Part shown: positions 57,854 to 64,000 of the stretch, one piece after another | How the letters are laid out: the number at the start of each line of letters is the position of its first letter | Numbering within the stretch: position 1 is the first letter of the stretch | NCBI GenBank assembly: GCA_964016885.1 | Contig: OZ024753.1 | Location: forward strand, 15,562,001 to 15,626,000 | From: Eledone cirrhosa | Taxonomy: Eukaryota | DNA: 64,000 bases | Direction: 5' to 3' | The notes under the pieces: generated by a model | What the model was told of the DNA's origin: nothing | Database searches by the model: none | What the model saw: only the letters and a program-made list of their open reading frames with translations | Program-made: the position numbers and the translations under genes

Positions 57854-58462
57854 TGGTGGCTGCCAACTCGTTTTCGAGTACGGCCACTACTTTATATCCA
57901 CGTAGGAGAACCCTTACCGATGCGCTCAACGAGTGTGACTTTTTAGTCCAGCCAGCGACTTAAAAACTTTGGTACAAACACTACACTTGTGACAATTACT
58001 GACACATAGTGCAGGGCCCATGGTACCATGTGACAACAAGTGCAGAGAGATCTCCAGATATAAAGCAATGCCTGTGCCGTGAAGCTTTTATAGTGAGCAA
58101 AGGCACTGCACAAAGCCAGTCCCACTCTCTTAACCAAGATGATATTTACCAAAAAGTAGAACAAGTCAACATCATTGGATACCATCAGGGTTGCAGGTGT
58201 TAGATCAGAGTTTTCCTTCTCCTAGAATTCTGCCTTGACAAAGGCTTAGGGGTCATCTCTCCCGGTGATTTTGGATGGCCATTGACTCTTAAGAGCTCCT
58301 ATGCCCTTTGACAGGTTTTGTTTTTAGTCCTGCAGGATGTCCAAAGTCACCCTCCTCACCAAGAAACCTTGGTGGGGTTGCCAGTTTAGTCGCCAACGAC
58401 CCGACCATGAGACAGGTTATACTGGGATACATGTTACCAGTAGCACCAACTGGTGACCTGAC
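57854..58462 (-). mobile_element. Non-coding retroposon family, copy 3 (longest)
   Basis: Homologous to the 31463 and 38180 copies, extends ~150 bp further 5'. Confidence 0.7.
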
Positions 58463-58504
58463 ATTATATATATATACACACACACACTCATATATATCTA
58501 TATT

Positions 58505-58577
<73 letters not shown>

Positions 58578-58621
58578 AGAAGAAGTTTATGAAATGGAAA
58601 TGCGGGTATAAAGAATTTATT

Positions 58622-58735
58622 AGGTAACAATTGTTTCTATAGTGTATGAGTTACCTATACCTCGCTATTTGAATAATATAAAAATATCATAAACCGAAGG
58701 TACACTGTAAGAAAACACACCATGTCGTCAGACCT
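58622..58735 (-). ncRNA. Type I hammerhead motif downstream of a Penelope-like ORF
   Basis: AGGT-CTGACGA-C ATGGTGTG...TACACTAT A-GAAA-CAATTG-TT-ACCT. Confidence 0.7.
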
Positions 58736-59149
58736 TTGTATTGGAATGATATGAAAATACTTTATACACTAGATAAAAGAGAAAGAAGGAGGTAGGAAGA
58801 GAAGGGGAAGAGGGAAGTGAGTAAGGTGGAGGGAGTCCTAGGATTTAAGACTGTCAGACTAGTAGAAATTGTAAGGAGAGAATGTTTTGGCAGCAGTTAG
58901 CTGAATGAGGCGTGTTAGGGTTGGCGGGGGAAGTAAATTCTTCTAGTGGTGTTGTTCGGACAAAATTTAGTTAAAGGGGTCAAAGTGGTACAGAGTTACA
59001 GACAAGTTATTGGGGCTATTATAGTAGCAGGTTATTTCTAAAGGGGTCAGAAAACAGTGTTTAGTACTATTATTATAGAAAGCCATATCTTGTGTATAAA
59101 CATATAAAACAGAAATTTGCAAACGGTGGTGTAAAAAGGTAACATTATA

Positions 59150-59488
59150 TGCATTTAAAAAAAGAAAAAGTCGTTTTCAAACGATGCTTACAGTATAGTG
59201 AACGTTCAATTTTGCTGTTCAAAAGTTTGTTTACCGACGTTAAAATGCAGTATATCTCCAAATTGCATAACTTGCAGAATCGATGATTTTGTTAATATGC
59301 AGGCGCAGCTGCAATAATTTGCCAATCAAGGAAGAATGCTTGATTGTTCCTCCGGAGCTGCCAGGCTTTATCGGCGAGGGTTGTTACGGAGCGCATTTTC
59401 TCGTGCCTGATCGAAGATCGATGTTGGTATAGGCGAGCTTTGAAAGAAGTTGCGGTACATCCGACGTAATACCATTTGTTGGTTCCGG
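59150..59488 (-). pseudogene. Second Penelope-like GIY-YIG endonuclease fragment (absent from the ORF track)
   Basis: Manual translation YYVGCTATSFKARLYQHRSSIR...LDWQII...Y*..RFCKLCNLE...LLNSKIE...CKHR; one in-frame stop. Confidence 0.82.
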
Positions 59489-59589
59489 ATATATATATAA
59501 GCAGAAGGGATATTCAATTTGCTGGTAATTCAAACAAATATAAATGTTTATAACTGATTTAGAGCACTCAACAAGTTTCCTGGAGTATA

Positions 59590-59875
59590 ATATACAATTA
59601 TAAATAAATGGAAACTATATTTATAAAACCATATTCATTCTATTATATATATTTAGAGGGTACCAAAATTTTGGTACACTATCATCAGATAAAATACAAA
59701 ATGTTTTATAAATATTTGACATAACCAAGGATAATATAGCTTAACCGTTCAAAATATTTATAAAACATTTTGTATTTTATCTGATGAAAGCATACCAAAA
59801 TTTTGGTACCCTTGAAATATATATAACAGAATAAATATGGTTTTATAAATATAGTTCCCATTTATTTAGTATCAT
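59590..59875. repeat. Fold-back insertion with hammerhead motif (CTGATGA at 59781, GAAA at 59814), same family as 27717-28084
   Basis: Diverged inverted arms of ~130 bp ending in (TA)n. Confidence 0.82.
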
Positions 59876-59930
<55 letters not shown>

Positions 59931-59968
59931 AGTTGAAAATTGCAAACTTGACTGTCACCACATATTAT

Positions 59969-60005
59969 GAACCTGAAGATTGCGAAAGCATGAAAGTACT
60001 TGTTC
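59969..60005 (+). ncRNA. Minimal type I hammerhead motif
   Basis: GAAC-CTGAAGA-T TGC(GAAA)GCA T-GAAA-GTAC-TT-GTTC; palindromic AGTACT stem III. Confidence 0.78.
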
Positions 60006-60166
60006 AATTAACACTTAGAATTTAATATTCTATCATACTATTTCATTATAATACCATTATTAATTTTAAAGGATTGTAAATAAAACAAGTAAATCAGACA
60101 AAGTTGGAATTCCTCTTATTAATATAATCTTCTATACACAATCATACACACCCGTGTATATTTATC

Positions 60167-60284
<118 letters not shown>

Positions 60285-60538
60285 TCATATATATATATTT
60301 ATACATATATTTATACATACACACATATTTATATATATATTTATACATATATACACACACACACACATTTATATATATTTATATATATATATAGATATAT
60401 AGATATATAAATATAATGTATATATATATGTGTGTGTGTATATATATATATGTGTGTGTATATATATGTATAAATATATATATATGTGTATATATATATA
60501 TACATTATATATATATATGTGTGTGTGTATATATACAT

Positions 60539-60569
<31 letters not shown>

Positions 60570-60654
60570 TATATATATATATGTGTGTGTATATATACAT
60601 TATATATATATATATATATATACATTATATATATATATGTGTGTGTATATATAC

Positions 60655-60712
<58 letters not shown>

Positions 60713-60744
60713 AGGGGAGAGAAAGGAGAGATAGAATAGGTAAG

Positions 60745-61095
60745 TCATGGTCACAGTGGAAGATAAGGTCATGGTCACAAGGTCATCGTCACAGAGTGGT
60801 AAATAAGGTCATGGTCACAGTGGTAGATAAGTCCAAGGTCACATAGTGTGGTATATAAGGTCATGGTAACAGAGTTGTAGATAGGGTCATGATCACATAG
60901 AGTGGTATATAAGTTGTAGATAGGGTCATGATCAGAGTGGTAGGTGAGGTCATGGTCACAGAGTAGTAGATAAGGTCATGGTTACAAAGTGGTAGATAAG
61001 GTCAAGGTAACTGTGTTGTAGATAAGGTCATGGTCACATAGAGTGGTGGGTAAGGTCAAGGTCATGGAGTGTTAGATAAGGTCAAGGTCACACAC
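60745..61095. repeat. Degenerate ~26-bp minisatellite
   Basis: Repeats of GATAAGGTCATGGTCACAGAGTGGTA. Confidence 0.85.
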
Positions 61096-62954
61096 TGTGA
61101 CAAAAAGACTAGCTAAGTGAAATAGATTGAGAAATTAATTAGCTGATCAATAATGATTTCTCATTTAGGTGCAAGATCAGCAATTTTAGGGGTGAAGAGG
61201 AAAAGTCAATTATATCGACCCCACGTGTATGAGTGGTACTTTATTTTAATGACTTCAGAGTCAAAATTCAGAGCGATGAAAGACCTGGGTGGAATTTGAA
61301 ATCAGAACATAAAGGGAAATAACTATATAAGCCTCTTTGCTGATGTTCTGCTGCTATTGTTAATCCCCCACCCTTACCTAATTAATAATTGTTTCTACTA
61401 TTGGCACAGGGCCAGAAATTACCCAGTACATTACTGGTACTTTATTTGATAGACCCTGTAAGGATGAATGGCAAAGTTAACCTTGGTGGGATTTGAACTC
61501 AGCCCTCACCCCAGAATTACAGCTAAGTCAATAATATCAACCCCAGTACATTACTGGTACTTTATTTTATCGACCCCGTAAGGATGAATGGCAAAGTTAA
61601 CCTTGGTGGGATTTGAACTCAGAACTCAGCCCTCACCCCAGAATTACAGCTAAGTCAATAATATCAACCCCAGTACATTACTGGTACTTTATTTTATCGA
61701 CCCCGTAAGGATGAAAGGCAAAGTTAACCTCGGCGGGATTTGAACTCAGAATGGCAAGGGCCGTAACTCTATGCGTTAAAGCATGGCGTCCGACCCTCTA
61801 CCGATACTGCCAATGCACCTTACCTAATTAATAATGATTTCTACTTTAGATACAGGATGAGTAAATTTTCGGAGGAGCAGGAAAGGAAAGTTAACACTAT
61901 CAACCTCTGTACATTACTGGTACTTTATTTTATCAACCTCGGAAGAATGAAAGACAAAGTTGACACCTCGGTGGGATTTGAAATCGGAATGTAAAATATT
62001 AGAAGAAATTCCTGCAAAGCATTTGTTAGATGTTATAAGAACTATGCCAGCCCAGCGCCCTTACCTGATTAGTAATAAAACTAATGTTTCTGAAACACCC
62101 AAAATACAAACTATATATTTAGAAATGAATAAAACAGAAGAATAGTTATGAAAACAGATTTAGAAAATTGGGTAAAATTACACCCAGAAACGAAAAACGT
62201 GGTAAGCATACAGAACAGAAAATAATGAAAATTATTGTGTACAGAGCTCAGGTGCACTACAATCGAGAGTTTGATTTCTCTGTAGTGGTTATTGGCCACT
62301 TTTTCCGTCTCCAAGGCTGGACTAAAATGAACATAGGCTGACTGTCAAGGAGTGATGCTAGAGTTGTGAAATCTTGCATGCATTAATTTCAACTCTTCTT
62401 ATTAGTAACTGCATTGTTTCCGTCCAGGGACTATGTAGAAAAATAAACCTTATTTGGTCATTCCAACAAAGTATCTTGGTCAGCCTATCAGCTTTTCAGC
62501 CAACCCTCATGTCCGGGCATTTTTACTTGATTTCCTAAAGTTGTTTTCATCGCTATTCTCCTGCCTTTGATATTTTCATCATTTCTAAATATATTTTAAC
62601 AGAATTGATCCTTCAATATTTATTTACAAAAATTGTTCTCACAACAATATGTTTCAACACACGATTCCACATCAACAATTTCAGAAAACCAATACAAAAA
62701 ATGCACAAAAAAATAAATAAAATAAAATAAAATATAACAAAATTGTAATCTATTTATGACAGTCGATTGTCGGATTTTTTTTTTTTTTCTTTACATGGTG
62801 AAATAGCATTATTTGTGAGAGTTGCTGCAGTCTGCAGTCACCTACAAAATATATGCCAACTCAAGTTTGGCTCTTCCATTCTACTTAACTTACTGTTTAT
62901 TTGTTTGAAAGAGAATAGAATTAGGCAAATCCTCTCAGAGTCTGTCTGCAAGTC

Positions 62955-63145
62955 CTATGTAGGTAGTGTGGTAGCGGCAGTAAGTTTGGTAAGTTGGCTG
63001 TTGATGTTGATGCCATTAACATGAGTATTGTTATGAGAGGGGTGGGGATGGGAGGTGTGGGCTGTGGCTTCACTTTGTATTAAGTAGATTTCAGGGCATT
63101 GCTTTTGTAAGAACAACACAATAGACGTTCTCACTGATTCCACAC
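62955..63145 (-). CDS. Possible terminal coding exon of an unidentified host gene
   Basis: Pyrimidine-rich tract then CAG acceptor, open frame VESVRTSIVLFLQKQCPEIYLIQSE...TTLPT*, non-repetitive downstream sequence. Confidence 0.3.
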
Positions 63146-63659
63146 TGAGAGATGTGGAGAAAGGTGAGAGAGAAAGAAAGAGAGAAAGAAAGAAGAGAAA
63201 GGAAGAAGAGAAAGAGAGAAAGAAAAAAAGACAGAAATAATAAATGCAAAAGAAAGAGACATGGAAAGGGAAAATAGGAAAGAAATAAAAATTAGCGAAA
63301 TAAAGAAGAAAAGAGAGAGAAAAGAAGGATGAAAGTGAAGGGGAAAAAAGAAGGAAGGAAATAGATAAAAGAAGGATAGAAATGAAGGAAATAAGGATGG
63401 ACAGAAAAAAAGAAAAGAAAGAAATATATAAAGAAAAGAAGGACAAAGAAAATGAAAGAAAGATAAAATGAAACAAAGAAAAAACATTCAGACAAAAACA
63501 AGTAAAAAAGAGCCAAAATAAGTGACGGCCACCATTTTCTCCTTAATTCTGGTATCTTTTCTAGAACAAATATATTATTTCATTCCTTTACTGACTTCAC
63601 TCATACGACTCTGGTCATACTGGGGCACTGCCTATCACAGATTCTTAGCAATTATATTG

Positions 63660-64000
63660 TTCTGCTCCCACCTTCTCCACTCTGTCCAACCTCCCACCTT
63701 CTCTGACTGTCACCCTCTTCGACCTCCCACTTTCTCCGACCTCCACCCTCTCCAACCTCCACAACCCCCCACCCTCTCCGACTGTCACCCTCTCCGACTG
63801 TCACCCTCTCCGACCTCCACCCTCTCCAACCTCCAACCCCCTCCAACATCTACAACCCCCCACCCTCTCCGACTGTCACCCTCTCCGACCTCCTACCTTC
63901 TCCAACCTCCCACCCTTTCCAACCTCTACAACCTCCACCCCGTCCAACCTCCCACCCTCTCCACCTTCTCCGACCTCCCACCCTCTCCAACCTCCCACCC
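63660..64000. repeat. C-rich degenerate ~16-bp repeat
   Basis: CACCCTCTCC(G/A)ACCTCC-like units. Confidence 0.8.

Noticed and set aside
63131-63516. Phe/Leu/Ser-rich membrane-like ORFs
   Set aside because: Translation of a purine/pyrimidine low-complexity tract.

Overview
AT-rich eukaryotic (metazoan) non-coding DNA, dense in (TA)n/(CA)n/(GA)n microsatellites and transposon debris; the repeat landscape suggests a mollusc, probably an octopus-like cephalopod (inference). No intact cellular gene is evident. The main feature is a near-perfect 468-bp tandem array (1-15878, 34 copies). Each monomer carries a minimal type I hammerhead ribozyme (CUGAUGA...GAAA, palindromic stem III) in a hairpin-rich unit, making it a candidate non-LTR retrozyme/circRNA locus. 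The array flips orientation at ~5120-5140 and ends in (TA)n. The rest of the window holds over a dozen dispersed hammerhead motifs from several unrelated families, two Penelope-like GIY-YIG fragments and many head-to-head fold-back insertions in (TA)n, which suggests one Penelope-driven, TA-targeted mobilisation system. Also present: a decayed autonomous Helitron, a non-autonomous relative whose 3' terminus is amplified into a 42-bp minisatellite, a Dong/R4-like element in (TAA)n, RTE fragments, tRNA-derived SINEs, MITEs and a 37-bp GC-rich minisatellite. All calls were made by eye; no searches or folding programs were run.
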